Source: Camelus ferus
Lineage: Eukaryota
Direction: 5' to 3'
Assembly (NCBI RefSeq): GCF_009834535.1
Contig: NC_045696.1
Coordinates: 248,001 to 312,000 of the forward strand
Length of the DNA: 64,000 nt
The position numbers were made by a program, and so were the translations under genes. Positions 49,728 through 61,858 of the stretch are shown piece by piece. Each line of letters starts with the position of its first letter. The first letter of the stretch is position 1. The notes under the pieces were generated by a model, which had not been told where the DNA came from, ran no database searches, and saw only the letters and a list, made by a program, of their open reading frames with translations.

Positions 49728-49838
49728 CTTCCTCGTCAGCGGCACTTCTATGGGCACAGGAACCAGCCCTGCCAGGAGGCACCCGTAGAATGCCACCATG
49801 AACGCCACCGGATTGCTGTTCGGAAACACCAACGCCAC
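49728..49838 (-). CDS. DIP2A: DIP2A exon
   Basis: VALVFPNSNPVAFMVAFYGCLLAGLVPVPIEVPLTRK; AG/GT, 111 nt. Confidence 0.95.
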
Positions 49839-52377
49839 CTACAAGGGTACAAAGAAAACCCATGAAATCCCCTCTAGAATAACTCTGTCGTCTGAATATC
49901 TGCTGCTGAGATGGAATTTTGTTCAGAAAGTATACTTCGGGGCTTAATGCTTGGTCCTTAAGTTTCTTCAACCATGTAACTTCTAATATGTAGTTTTTAG
50001 GTTGAGGTCTTTACCCCGCGTGCAACCACGTAGCGTTAAATTCTTGGTTTTAAAAGGCAAGTCCAGGGGGTCTGCCTGTGGGGTCTAGATCTGGCTCCAT
50101 CCACTCTGACCATCCAGGCAGCAGCAACTCAGGGAGGAAGTGGTGGGCCGTTACCTGCCATCGACCAGCGCAGGTGAAAAACACCTGGACATGAAAAGGG
50201 AACCAGGAGCCAAAGTGCCTCCAAGTTATCTCCCAGAAGAAAAAATTCTGACATCAGAGTTTTGCTTGGACAGACTTTCACTCAAGACTGAAACACCAAC
50301 AGGGATGTGAGGTAGGCACAGAGCCCCTCAGTGGAGACCCTCCTGGGGGCCACTCCCTGCCGCTGGCTGGTCACTGTGAGGCCACCCCTCCCCACCCAGC
50401 AAGGCAGCCGCTTTTAACATTCACATCTTCCTTCTGCTAACTGCTCTCACCTTTCTAGACGCTGTGCTTATGTGGCTGTAACTAATTTTTGAAAGTATTC
50501 AGATACGCATTTTACTTCCTCTTACTGCAGGTGACTACTGACAATTTTGAGTTCTCCCCTTCCTCTTCTCCCATCGTCCCAATTTCCACTTCTTATAATA
50601 TCTAGTTGAATTACAAGTTATTTATGGAATGACATTGTTGTAAGCCCCAAATATTGCAATAAGTATGCCTGAAACCATCAGTGATGGTTCAGAACAATAT
50701 CTGAGTCTACTGTTAACACGAGGCCTTTGAGGACACAAAATGAAGGGCAACTGATAACCCACGACTTCAAAAGACAAAATTTAAGCTATAGCTATGTTCA
50801 TTCTGTACTTGAGGTCTGGAAATCAAGCTTCTAACAAGTCTGTATGTTGAAAACGGCAAAGATCTCCTTTGAAAGTTGATGCTAACAGTGGTTGTTCCCT
50901 TTTAAGAACTGTGCCTTGTTGTTTGGTACAGGACGTGCGTTTTCAGAGCATCTGTTATAAAGAGCCGTGTTTGTTCACTTTTATACAGCACATCACTGCA
51001 GGAGGACGGATTCACCACTCATCTCCCATCACTCACTAACTGGGGCCTTGTCAGTCTGTTTGTAATTAACCTGACTCCCTGGATTCACCTGCAAGTCAAC
51101 AAATTATTTGGAAGTCTTTGTCCTTGCAAGAACTTATTTCAAGAGAAAAAAAATTAGAGATTCTCAGACTCATTTTAAAGCAAAGCATGAGTCGGGGTCT
51201 CGCAGGCTTGTTCTAAAGCACGAGGTGTCATGAGGCATCGTTCTTGCACTGTTTGTGTGGCTACATTCCTTCTGGCGGCAGCGGGCGCCACCTCTCTCAC
51301 CAGCGTGCTTCCTGTGTGCACGCCAGCCACTTAGGCCTGGGCTGCTCCACTGGTGTGTAAGCCCTGTCAACGGTATTTCCAGATAGCCAGCCGGGCAGGT
51401 GAGCTCATGGGTCTCACCAGCTGCCGACCAGCCCGCCCTACCCACAGCACCCATCCTCCCAGTGCTGCCTGGGCTGCTCCTGTGGGGTGCCCCTGTGGCT
51501 CTCCTGTTTGGACCACTCACTCATTTGGCTGAAGCACATCCTCTAAGAACTTCCCAAGTAACTGCTCACGAGTCCAAGATTTTGAGTCCTGCCTGTCTGA
51601 AAACGGTGACCCCATCCTCACAGCAGTTAACTCTCCAGGAATAGAACTTCAGGCTAAAATCATACTCCCTCCGAGCTTCTGAACTCTGCTCTTCTCCGGT
51701 ATTACACCGAGAGGTCCCAAAGCCATAGGTTGCTGAGCCCACCTTCCCCTGAAGGCTGCAAGGCCCTTCCTGCGCCGCGGCCGACCCAGCCTGGGGGGCT
51801 AGTGCTTCAGTGGGTCCCTTGCACTCACTGCAGGCCCCGCACCCCAGCTCCGGGGGACGGCCTTGCATCATTATTGTCATTTAACATTTCCACTCTGTTC
51901 TCCTTTCTCTTCCTGGAAGTCCTTCAGTCAGATACTGGGCCTCCCTGATCAGGTCTAACTCCTACTCTCCGCCCTGGTCTTCCCGACTAGCATCTTTTCC
52001 TGGTCAACAGAGCACCGTCTTCACCTCACACCTCCAGGGATAGTAATGCCAATTTTTTAAAAAGTTTTTTTTCTGTGTCTAGCATTCCCTCCGAGTCCGT
52101 TTGTTTCCTCTTCCTCCCTCCCTCTCCCCTAACTCCTTCCCCTTTGCTTTTTTTTTTTTTTCCTTTCAGGTCACACTGACGACTGAGGCACCCGGAGAGT
52201 CGCCTGAGACTGCATCATCCCGTCACCTCACAGCTTCACTGCCGGATGATCTGACTTCAGGCAACTCCCTCCCAGGGGATTTCACCACTAAGTGTGCTGA
52301 TTTTCACCTACTCTCCCGTTTCCCGCTCTGCACCTGTTCCACCCTGGGTTCCCAAGTCTGGCTCAGCTTGCCAAGAG

Positions 52378-52559
52378 CAGCACTGTCCTGCAGAACTTTC
52401 CACGGTGGTGGAAGGGCTCTACTCTGAGCTGTCAAATAAGGTAGCTTCAGCCACATACAGTGACTGAAGCCTGGAAATGTGCTTCCTGCAACCAAGGAAC
52501 TAAAAGTTTAATTTCATTTTACTTGGGTTAATTTAAACAGTCCCGCGTGGACAGTGCAG
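52378..52559 (+). mobile_element. MER3-like hAT-Charlie MITE
   Basis: Inverted ends GCACTGTCC / GGACAGTGC and internal AGAACTTTC..GGTAGC..AGCCACAT..GAAATGTG..GGAACT match the recalled MER3 consensus. Confidence 0.75.
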
Positions 52560-52989
52560 GATGTGGAACTCAGCTGCAGCCTCCCCTGCGTTCCACCTGG
52601 CTGGGGGTAAGGGGTGCCCGGCCACGTGGACGGGGAAGAAGGTGAATACAAAACACAGAATTTCAAAGCAAGGTCAATGTTTCCCAAAAAAACTTGAGCT
52701 TTGGAAATGTAACATTTATTAATATTTGATACTAATACTTTTATTAAAATCAACATCCATAAAGTCAAAGAGAGAAGTTGAAGAACTGGTAAATGGGCAA
52801 AATGAGGGAGCAAAAAGAACCATCACGTTATCGACATCAACACAAATGTTTTCCATACTTAATACTTTCTCATTGCTGACTTTATACTCCTTGTGTTAAT
52901 GCTGTTAAGTCTAAACAACCCATGTCAATGAAACAGATTTCAGTCTCTGTTCTCACTCACTCCAAAAAAGTTACATTCTAGTTACTTAC

Positions 52990-53081
52990 TCTGTCTCCAG
53001 GTTTAAGCAGCGGTTCATTCTTACTAGTCAGTTTATTAAGTAGAGTATAAGATAGTTTTAAACTCCGACTCCAAAGTTTGC
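52990..53081 (-). CDS. DIP2A: DIP2A exon
   Basis: KLWSRSLKLSYTLLNKLTSKNEPLLKPGDR; AG/GT, 92 nt; read by hand. Confidence 0.95.
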
Positions 53082-53373
53082 CTAAAATAAAATAAAAATA
53101 CTAAGCAAGGTAAAATTTAAGAAACTATTAATTAACATTTTAATGTAGCAATCATAACACCCCATAACATACCATTATTACTCTACTACTGATAATGCAG
53201 GTAGTTTTCAGGTGATAATTATTTTGTACAATGCTGAAATGAACATAATAGCTTTATCTTAAAAACAACTTAGATTTACTTTTCTTAACAGAAAAATAAA
53301 ACAGTACTTTATTATAGAAAATTTAGAATATAGAAATGCCAGCTGAATAAAGTGTTCTTTCTGTTATGTATGT

Positions 53374-53400
53374 ACACACACACACATACACACACACACA
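53374..53400. repeat. Interrupted (CA)n microsatellite
   Basis: CA run with one TA interruption. Confidence 0.85.
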
Positions 53401-53939
53401 TGCAATTTTCGGGAAATGGGATCACACTTCACGCTGCTTTTTCCAATCAACATTGCATTGAGAATGCATTTTCATGTCATTGAACAGGTCTTAACTGCGT
53501 CCCTTATGAGATTGGCAGGGTTCATTCAAACCACAATTCCCGCAGTGGGTCACGTCTTCATCTCCACCTTGCACTCAAGAGAAGACAGTCACGGAGATGC
53601 TAAGCCAGCCAGAGCCCAGGGCTGCTGCAGCCGAGTACCTGGACCCCTGGGCGGCCCCAGCCCTGCGAGTCCTGCCCACCACACCCATCCTGGGGGATGC
53701 TTCACTAAGGAAGGTGCGACAGAGACACAGGACAAGCGACCAGCAAGGGAGGGTCTGGGAGGCAGAGGCAGAGGGTGAAGAGAGGGCGAGAGGACACAAA
53801 GCCGGAGTCTGCCCGACACTGAAGCACCCTCTCCTCACCCTGCGAGATGCACCAAGGGGGAAGACAGAGCCACGGCTTCACCCTCCCCACCTCTGGCAAC
53901 TGCATGCCTTCCAAACGAACCCCACTTCACTGTAACCCA

Positions 53940-55790
53940 CATTCAGGCGCAACATGGTAAGATAAGTGAATTATGGAGCCTGAGAAATAAATGAGAAAAA
54001 ATATCCTCAACTCAAAACATTATTGCCTTTGCCTACATAAAAAGGTCAATTCAAGATGTTAATAACTGTTAACACAGTTTAAAGATTTCCAAACTGAGTT
54101 CAGCTACATATAAAACAATAATGCACTGTGATCAAGTTAGTTTTATCTCAACAAGGCAGAGGTTTAACAGAAAATCAACATAATTTGCCACAATAACAGA
54201 ATAAAGGTGAAAAAAAGGTAAAACAATTTATCATTCAGGATTTTCAAATTCCTTCTTAAATCCAGGATGAAAGGAAACTCCTTTAATGTGATTGTTAAAA
54301 GTCATCCGTAAAAATCCTATCAGAGACACCACAATTAATGGTCAGATGCCATTAATTGAGATACCAAGAGTTGGTCAAGAACATTTGCCGTTTTACTCGA
54401 AGTCTCAGCCAATGTGACTGGGGGAGGCGGCAGGGGAGGTAAAACAACTGGAAACAAAACTGTCATTATTCACAGATAATGTGACCGGTGTGTGTTATGA
54501 ACCTTGTAACTGAAATTAGCAAGGCTGTCACATACAACAGCAATATACAAACACTGTTTGAGATCTAAGTACCAGCTCCACACTAAATACAAATTTTAAT
54601 GATACTATTTACAGTAAGATTTAAATAAACATGTCAAATACCTAAGAGTAAGTGTTACAAAAAATACACAGCGCCTTCCCCAAGAAAATCATAAAACGCT
54701 ACTGAGGCTGAGAAAGATCGGAAGGAAGGGAGGGACCTGTTGCGTCCACTTGCGGGAAGACGCCGCAGTGCAAATGTGCTAATTCTCCTCGAGTTGCTCA
54801 AAACAACCACCCACCCTTGGCAGGTCCGTCTGTGACACAAGCTGGTTTTAAAATGGACACTGACATAAAAGGGCGAGGACAGCCAAGACAGCCTTGAGGA
54901 AGGAGCTGGACAGGTAGGCTTCCCCTAGGGACGTCGAGGCTGGTTACACGCGACGGCAGTGGAGAGGGCGTGGTGTCAGCACAGGGCAGACTGAATCAGT
55001 GGGGTAAAGACAGATCTACCCAGGTGTGGACGACAGGTGGCACTGTGACCTTTCCTGAAAGGCTGGCCTGGAGCCCAGGCCTATACCACACACAAAAACT
55101 CACTCTGGTGGGGACGGCAGCTCTAAACTGTGGGTGGGAAAACAACAGCACCCTCCCTGGACACCAGAGCAGCCTCGGCTCGGTGGGGAGGATCCTCACA
55201 GAGGGGAGAAAGGATGCTTGCCATGTGGGGGTGAGCGGCTGGGGCTCAAAGCAGGTGATCCATGCACCACAGGCCACCAACAGGACTGGTATCCAGGACA
55301 CATGAAATGCCCACAAATAATCCTGTATAAAAATGTGCAGAAGATTCAACAGCACTTAGCAAAGAGAAAACCCAATGACTGAAAACAGGAAAAGATCTCA
55401 ACCTACTTAGTCATCAGGAAAATGCAAATCAGCACCACAATGAATAGCACCTAAATAAGCCCGCTGGTGACAGGGAGCAGGGGGCTCATGCTGATCAGGG
55501 CAGTGAAACTGGAGGAGTCTGGAATTATCTGATACATGTGAAAATCTCATAACCCCAGATCCAGCTAGCATCTCCTCTCCTAAGTCTACACCCTACAGAG
55601 ATGCACACAGCGGGATGTTCCCAGCAACAGTGCGTAACAGTCCACACTGGAAATGACCCAAATGTCTATCGGCTGTATAATGGATACACAAGTCCTGAAA
55701 TGTCCAATATTCGTTCCACATCAGAAGTGAATGAGTCACAAGAACACTCTGTAACATGGATGAGTCTTAAAAGCGTGACGGTAAGAAGGC
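53940..55790 (+). mobile_element. Old L1 (L1M/ME-type) ORF2 to 3' remnant
   Basis: Decayed ORF2 motifs AAAACTGTCATTATTCACAGATAAT, AGTCATCAGGAAAATGCAAATC..ACCACAATGA; boundaries approximate. Confidence 0.6.
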
Positions 55791-56199
55791 GCTGTTTCCA
55801 AGCAGGAGAAGGCAGTGGTGACAGACCAGCTCTCCCCTCTAAGATGATTGCAAAATTGGGTAAAATGCAGAACCACCTGCTGGAGGCAGCAAAGACAGCC
55901 AGCAAAGACAGAGAGGGTACGACTCTAGTGGAAGCCCCTGGGAGGTGAGCTGCCCTCCTACAGCTGCTCTTACAAAAGCTGCGGGTGCGGGGATCCGGTC
56001 CCCAGGAGAGGGGCAGCTAAGGGCCTCGCACCCACCAAGTGCTGCTGCTGGGCATGGAGATGGGGCCTCGGAGCAATCTGCCGAATCCTGAGACCTCTGA
56101 AAAGCCAGAGCCCTGAAGTCACCACATAAGACAAAATCCACACTGGGGGGCCCCAGATGAAGGGGTCACACAGAATACACCAGTTTTAGGGAGTCTGAA

Positions 56200-56750
56200 T
56201 AATGGAAAATAAAAAAATCTCCAAACTGAAGTAAATATATAAAAGGATGCAAAATATAAAAAAGAACATTAAAGGCACGTGGAACTCAGAAAAGTTATTA
56301 ATATAAACGTAATCAAGAGTCCCAGAAAGACAGGAGAGAGAAATGGGGAAGAAACAATATACCAAGAAATTATGGGGGTGGGGGTAAGAGTAGAGCTTAG
56401 TGGTAGAGTGTATGCTTAGCATGCACAAGGTCCTGGGTTCAATCCCCAGTACCTCCAATAAAATTAAATAAATAAAAATTAATTAATTAATTAATTAAAC
56501 CTAATTACCTCCCCCCAAAACAAAACAATGTCCAAAAATAATTACTTAAAAAAAAGAAATTATGGCTGTAATTTTCTAAAACTGATGAAAAATACCATCC
56601 CACAGATTTAAGAAGTCCTCTGGACCCCAAGCAGGAAAATTTCAAAGAACATCACACCTAAATACATCGGTAAGACAGATGTAAGCCAGAGCCAAATGAA
56701 GAGGAATTTTTAAAAAGCAGAGGAAAAAAGACACATTATCATCCAGACAG
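56200..56750 (+). mobile_element. Old L1 ORF1 remnant interrupted by a SINE
   Basis: GAGTCCCAGAA..GAAATTATGGCTG..AAAACTGATGAAAA..CCACAGATT..ACCCCAAGCAGG..CACACCTAAATACATC ORF1-like motifs. Confidence 0.6.
56376..56553 (+). mobile_element. tRNA-derived SINE, camelid Vic-1-like, with 12-bp TSD
   Basis: A-box-like GAGCTTAGTGG, B box GGTTCAATCCC, AT-rich linker, AAACCTAATTACCTCCCCCC motif, A-rich tail; AAGAAATTATGG duplicated at 56364-56375 and 56554-56565. Confidence 0.88.
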
Positions 56751-57309
56751 CAACAGCCTGGCACCTCGCTTTCCAGAAGACAGCACTGACTTAGAGCACC
56801 AAGGATGCCTGAGCACCTTCAAGAAGGAAGACATGGGGGGCCCGCAGGCCAGAGGGAGAGGTGACCATGGCAAATGAGGGCTAGTGGGAAGGATGGTCCA
56901 GCGAAGGGAATGGGGAACAGCGTGACTCCTGACTTAAAGGCAGAGCAGTGGTATCTTGCAGGTGTAGCAGACACAGACTTAAAATGAAAGACAAGGAGAG
57001 AAGGTGTCACAGGCTGGCTTCTTCTGGAAGCAGACACTGAGCCAGAGCTCGCACGGGAGGTACTCCCATGGGGCAAAACGTGTAAAGGGAAAAGGGAGAC
57101 AGCCAGGGTGGGCAGGAGATGCCAGTGGACCGCAGTCTCTGCAAGCCCCACAGGGCGACCCGGGAGTCGGCTCTCTCGTGAGGAAAGTCCGTGCTGAGCA
57201 GACACAGGCCCTGTCCGAACACCTCACATGACCTGGACCCGAAGGCTGAATGCGACAGGTGGAGGCTGCCAGCAGCCCACCTCCTCATAGGTGGGCGGTG
57301 AGCTCATTT

Positions 57310-59640
57310 CTTAAAGAATTACAGACGATCTCCCTAATGAACACAAATGCAGACTCTAAACAACACACTGCCAAATAGGATCCAGGCATTTACCAAAAAG
57401 ACAAGATACCATGGCCAAGTGGGATTTATTCCAGGAATGCAAGGGCTGCCTAGCATTTGAAAATTAATCAACAGAATTCACCAAATTAGTGGGGGAGGGC
57501 AGAGAAACCAAATGATCACATTGACAGAACAGAAATAGATAATCCAAGATGAAAACCTTTTAGCAAACTAGGAGCAGAAGGGACCTTCATTAACTGACAA
57601 AGAATTTCTGCCATAAAACAAGTAAACAAGCTACAGTAGACACCGCACATTGAGCCCAAACGCTCTCCACCTAAGACGGAGGAGGGCTCCACACTGCACT
57701 GGTGTTTCCAGTTCGCACAATGAGGAAAGAAAGGAAACAAAAAGCCAAAATAATTTTGGCATTGTTCACAGGTGCTATGACTTCTGCACAAAGGATATCC
57801 AAAATTACAATTAATAAGCCAAAAATAATTAATATGTTAATTTAACAAGATTACTAGATACAAAGTCACTATTTAAAAAATCAATTGCATTTCTCTTTAC
57901 AAGCAACAAATGAGTAGGAAAAAAGTTTAATCATTCCTTACAATAGGAATGAATCTAATGAAAAAAAATGAAGATTTCTGTACTCAAAAGTATAAACTAT
58001 TCCTGAGAGAAACTCAAGAAGGCCTTAAAAGGGGGTAATATTCTAGGGTCATGAACTGAAAGATTCCCTAATTGTGACAATATTGATTCTTTTGAAGTTG
58101 AACTATGGATTCAATCCAGTGCCAATCAATATCCTGACAAGAATTTTTCTGGAAAAGGACAAGTTGATTCTAAAGTTCATTTGGAAATGCAAAGGGCTGA
58201 TAGTCAAGGAAATCTTGAGGAACAATCACAGGCTGAAGGACTCACATTCAGACACAGACTCTCACCTGTGGTAATTCAGGGAATGCGGGGGGCGGCAGGT
58301 GGTGAGACAGAACAGACCCACGAGCACACTGCTCACCTGACATGACAAAGCTGCACCCAGGGGAAGGTGCCTTCTCAACGAGTGACAGTGGCTCAATCAG
58401 ACGTTCACATCACACACAAAACTAAACTATATGTGGACCACAACACCTGAATGTGAAAGGTAAAACAAGTCTTTAGAAGAAAAGATAGAGTATCTTTGTG
58501 ACCTTAGGTTTGGCAAAGACTTCCTAAACAGGACAAAAAAGCACCATATAAAAGGGGGAAAAAAATAGATGAATTAGACTACATTAGGTTAAGACTTCTT
58601 ATTTCTCTAAAGCCACAATTAAAAGTGTTAAAAGGTAGTGCAAAGAGTGGAGAAGATGTCTGTAAAACATGTATTTGACAAAAGGTGTGTATCTAAAACA
58701 AAAAGAAGCAAGAAAGCGTTAACAACCAAACATAAAAATGAGCCTAGGATTTGGGTAGTTCACAGAAGATACTCAGGTGCCAAAACATGCATGAAAAGCC
58801 CCTCAGCCGTCAGGGAGTGAAAATGAGCACCAGGACCTGACAGCTGCCCCCCTACGCCAAGGAAGACTAAAAGGAAGTGGACAGTCAGGTGCTGAGAGGA
58901 TGTGGAGCAACTGAAACTCCTCCCACAGGGCGGGGGGAGTGCAGATGTTGGGACACTTGGGAAAACTGGTTGGCAGCACGTCCTGACGCTGACCTGTGAC
59001 TCCTACGCCCACAGCAGCACAAGTCCCCCAGCAGACCCACCGAGAACATTCATGACAGCACACACAGTAGCCTGCTGTAGACACAACCCAGATGTCTACC
59101 TACTGCAGAGCATGTGTTCTCAGGATGGAGTACCATCCATCAGTGAGGGTGAACGAACCACGCTGCACAGAGTACACGGGAGAGTCTCACGGATGACGCT
59201 GAGCCTTCACAGAACCCGCCCGCACCCAGCAGTCGGCAGGGCACTGGCCTCGGCCGGGGGGACTCAGGGTCTGGGGACCGGAAGTGCCTCTAGGCTGAGA
59301 GCTCTGTGAAAACGCGTTGAGCCAAGTGTGCAAGATTCGTGTTACATAAAAACAAAATGGAACCAAAAGATGGCAAACACAAAAAATATGCACTGCTCGA
59401 TGCCATTTGTACAAAGTCAACATTGACAAAACTAAACCCCGCTGTTCAGAACTGTACACAGATGTGAACTCTCAGAACCACCGGGCAGGGAGCGTCCCCT
59501 TGGGTGCGGCAAGGGCAGTGGTCTGGAAGGGCGCCTGGGGGGAGGCAGGGCTCTGTCTACCCGGCATCTGAGTAAGTGTGTCAAGATCGCTCCCTCGTGT
59601 GCACCCAGAGGTGTGTTTGCACCACAACACATAGTGCCTC
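57310..59640 (+). mobile_element. Old L1 ORF2 and 3' UTR remnant
   Basis: CAAGTGGGATTTATTCCAGGAATGCAAGG and GACAAGTTGATTCTAAAGTTCATTTGGAAATGCAAAG; ORF 58074 DKLILKFIWKCKG is ORF2p-like. Confidence 0.75.
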
Positions 59641-59681
59641 ACAGCTAAGCCGGAGTCCGGCTGCTCTCTGCTGACACTTGC

Positions 59682-59879
59682 CGTAGGTGAGGGTGCAGAT
59701 GGCCTTCCCAGCAGTGTCCAGGGCGGTCAGGCACGGGGCTTTGGGCTGCGTGGTGCCCCACTGCTGCAAGGCGGCCAGCAGCGAGGGCGGCCAGTCAGTG
59801 CCCATGGCCGGGGGCTCCCCCTTCAGCACCACCATCTGGCTGCCCTCGGGCTTGGGCTGGCTTGGATCTGGCTGCTGCA
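59682..59879 (-). CDS. DIP2A: DIP2A exon (followed by a GC donor)
   Basis: QQPDPSQPKPEG..WPPSLLAALQQWGTTQPKAPCLTALDTAGKAICTLTY; AG acceptor, G/GCAAGT donor, 198 nt. Confidence 0.93.
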
Positions 59880-61015
59880 CTGCAAGAAAAACAGAGATGT
59901 AAAATCAGCACCTCACAGAACCAGGCACACATTCGTCTGCTAAGCACTCACATTTCATAGTTTTCTTCTCTAAAAAACACCAATAATAAAAGGCTACCAT
60001 CAGGAAATTTGGATCGCCTTATCATTAGCGTCATCACAGCCCCACGGCTAAGGACAGAAAGGGACCCAGCCACCGGCCAGGACGAGTCCTGGTGACCCTG
60101 ACCCCACACGACCCCGGGCGCAGCAGGGACGGCTGGGCCTGGGTCTCAGCCAACCCTGACGACACCTGGGAAGCAGGCACTCACCCCACGTACAAAGGGA
60201 AAGTGAGTGCAACACTTCAGTTTGGGCACCCAAACCATGTCAGAAGGAAAAAGAAAGTAAAACCTACTACATTTCCAGTGGATATGCAACCCAAATTTGC
60301 CCAAATGTAAGAAAGACGGTCCTAAAAAGCATTTACAGCATTGAACTTTGAATCTGAAAGGTGTGATGTGATTACAGAAACCTGCACTGACACCATGTCT
60401 AATCGCCGAGTTCGAAGGAGACACTGGAGCTGGCCCGAGGGGCAGAGCCGTGCGCTCCCGAGGCTCACACCGCACACCGGTGTCCGGTGTGGCGCTTTAC
60501 TTCTCTTCCTCTTCTACACATTTATACTCCTTTCTGTTTCTTGGTCATTTGCTTTTTAAAAGTAAGTCTATATTCTTTTTTTCTAAATATGTATATAATT
60601 CATAAGTGACAGGCTAGAATCCTGAAAAGGAGCCCAAGCTTTGCTAAAAATATAATACTTTAAAACAAAGGGGATATAAGTATTCCGGATTTAGAGTTTA
60701 AATAAAAATTTAAATAGTGTCAGTAAAATCGAATCTTCAAAGTATTCCTACAAAGCATGATGCACGGCCCAGAGGCAGGGACGCACCTCTTAGCTGCACA
60801 GGAGCAGTGAGCCTTCTACCTGTCAGACAAAGCCAGTGGCCACATGTGATACTGTTCCTCCTTCACACACAGTGACCAGAGTCTGGAAACGCACTCTGCT
60901 GTGTTATAAAGTCACAGTGATAACCCAGGTTCAAGGTGCATTTGTCTGTATCTCCACCGTAACGGCCACCCCATTCACACAACTGTGGGCCAAGGGCCAG
61001 GGCCAGAATGCTCAC

Positions 61016-61135
61016 CTTCCAACAACTCCTCAAAGTCATCCACGAAGAACTCCTTCAGCGGAGGGCGCTTCGGCCTCTTCAGTGTGTTCAGAAGCTGCTG
61101 GATCTTGGAGGACACCCTGCTGTTCACAGGGACAC
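61016..61135 (-). CDS. DIP2A: DIP2A exon (most 5' exon found in the window)
   Basis: VPVNSRVSSKIQQLLNTLKRPKRPPLKEFFVDDFEELLE; AG/GT, 120 nt. Confidence 0.95.
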
Positions 61136-61327
61136 CTGTCACAGAAGGAGGAGGGCTGAGGCCAGGGGCGGACACCAGGCCCAGAGACCACCTACATGAA
61201 CACGTCGGAACCTGTGAATCCAACCCAGCGCTGGCCCGTCAAATAGCCAGGCTGGGATTTATTAGTTCGTCTATTTCAGTTCAGTATTTACTGAAGCCTT
61301 CCAGGAACTGGAACTTGTCCTAACTGA

Positions 61328-61690
61328 GCTGTTTTCAAAGTGATCCAGGGGCCCCTGGGGGTACTTGAGACCCTTTCAGGGGCTTCATGAGGTCAAACTA
61401 CCCCTATGTCACATTAGCTGGTATCTGCTCTTCCCCTCCCCTCTCTGCACGCGCACGGGAGAGGGCTCCCGGCCACACAGCCACGCAGGCCCAGCGACAA
61501 CAGGGGGCAGGCCTGCTCGTTCGACTGCGTCTCATGTGTCAGATATCTGGGTTGTACTGAGTTTATCACTGTTATTTTAAAAAGAGATAATAAATAGTTT
61601 TTTAAATTTTCAGTCTTAATTTTGAACAATAAATATCCAGAGAAACCCACATAAACTAAAAGTTCTCTGGTGTCCTCGGTAATCATTAAC
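61328..61690 (+). mobile_element. hAT-Charlie non-autonomous DNA transposon remnant (Charlie1/MER119-like)
   Basis: CCCCTGGGGG..GAGACCCTTTCAGGGGG..GAGGTCAAA start and AACCCACATAAAC..GTCCTC end match recalled Charlie1 termini. Confidence 0.6.
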
Positions 61691-61858
61691 AGCACCCCGT
61701 CCTCCAGAAACGGGCCCAAAACTGAGCCCTGCACTCACTGGCCTCCCTTCTTAGCCCCCTTTGATCTGGAAAATTTCTTTGATCTTTGTAACACTGGAAT
61801 TTTGAAAGTTAGTTCTTTGTTTTCACTGAGTACAACACACCTCCTTCTGCATTTATTG

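Larger units (their letters stand above)
13462..61135 (-). other. DIP2A: DIP2A (disco-interacting protein 2 homolog A) gene, partial: last 32 coding exons encoding two FAAL-like AMP-binding domains
   Basis: 32 exons sum to 3932 nt with compatible phases and no internal stop; C-terminus DQLDPIYVAYNM; adjacency to S100B matches known mammalian synteny. Confidence 0.97.

Noticed and set aside
53032..53037. Sense AATAAA inside a DIP2A coding exon
   Set aside because: Encodes Asn-Lys and lies just upstream of a strong GTAAGT donor that should suppress it; no evidence of use
56385..56457. tRNA-like sequence
   Set aside because: SINE head with tail and TSD, not a tRNA gene
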